Source: Azolla caroliniana
Taxonomy: Eukaryota > Plantae > Polypodiophyta
Direction of reading: 5' to 3'
NCBI GenBank assembly: GCA_043228905.1
Contig: JBHGNT010000009.1
Coordinates: 9,858,001-9,922,000 of the forward strand
Length of the DNA: 64,000 bases
Shown here piece by piece: positions 63,948 to 64,000 of the stretch (positions within the stretch are counted from its first letter, which is position 1; every line of letters starts with the position of its first letter). The translations under genes and the position numbers were made by a program. Under the pieces are notes generated by a model. It made no database searches, was not told the origin of the DNA, and was given only the letters and a program-made list of their open reading frames with translations.

Positions 63948-63979
63948 GACATATTACCTGTTTCAAATGACCCGGTGTT
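63948..63979 (-). repeat. Right terminal inverted repeat (32 bp)
   Basis: Exact reverse complement of 58877-58908, followed by TSD CTTA. Confidence 0.98.
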
Positions 63980-64000
63980 CTTACCCCGGACCGGAAATGC

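Larger units (their letters stand above)
58877..63979. mobile_element. 5,103-bp TIR DNA transposon (Sola-like, internally deleted) carrying a ParB-like/DNA amino-methyltransferase gene
   Basis: Perfect 32-bp TIRs AACACCGGGTCATTTGAAACAGGTAATATGTC (58877-58908, 63948-63979) and 4-bp TSD CTTA (58873-58876, 63980-63983). Excision restores the copia L protease frame FHLTPDRKC. Confidence 0.96.
50162..64000 (+). mobile_element. Copia L: Ty1/copia (5' LTR 50162-50899), gag/protease split by gypsy G and by the TIR transposon; continues past the right edge
   Basis: TG..CA LTR and PBS TGGTATCAGAG at 50903-50913. gag starts at 50930 (MDESLGGMFKLTGSNYSVWK) and resumes at 58051. Protease WVVDSGASFHL|TPDRKC is split at 58876/63980. 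Confidence 0.9.

Overview
Repeat-dense eukaryotic (plant) DNA, probably from a non-seed land plant. That placement is an inference from tRNA-Trp-primed non-chromoviral Ty3/gypsy elements and a self-priming Tcn1-like chromovirus. Almost the whole window is a nest of Ty1/copia and Ty3/gypsy LTR retrotransposons, up to five levels deep, resolved by LTR ends, PBS/PPT and target-site duplications (TSDs). One Ty3/gypsy copy (36871-42805) is intact, with apparently identical LTRs. Two non-retroelement segments stand out. (1) 58877-63979 is a 5.1-kb DNA transposon with perfect 32-bp TIRs and a 4-bp CTTA TSD. It carries the C-terminal half of a Sola-like (DUF7869-type) transposase and, divergently, a five-exon gene for a ParB/Srx-like domain fused to a bacterial-type beta-class N6-adenine/N4-cytosine DNA methyltransferase; this copy has three point lesions. 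This transposon-borne, spliced amino-methyltransferase is the most interesting system here. (2) 1-3409 is a segment that interrupts a young gypsy LTR and contains an apparently intact five-exon RING-H2 gene plus a palindromic TAGCTAATTAGCTA satellite. All family assignments come from motif reading by eye, not database searches.
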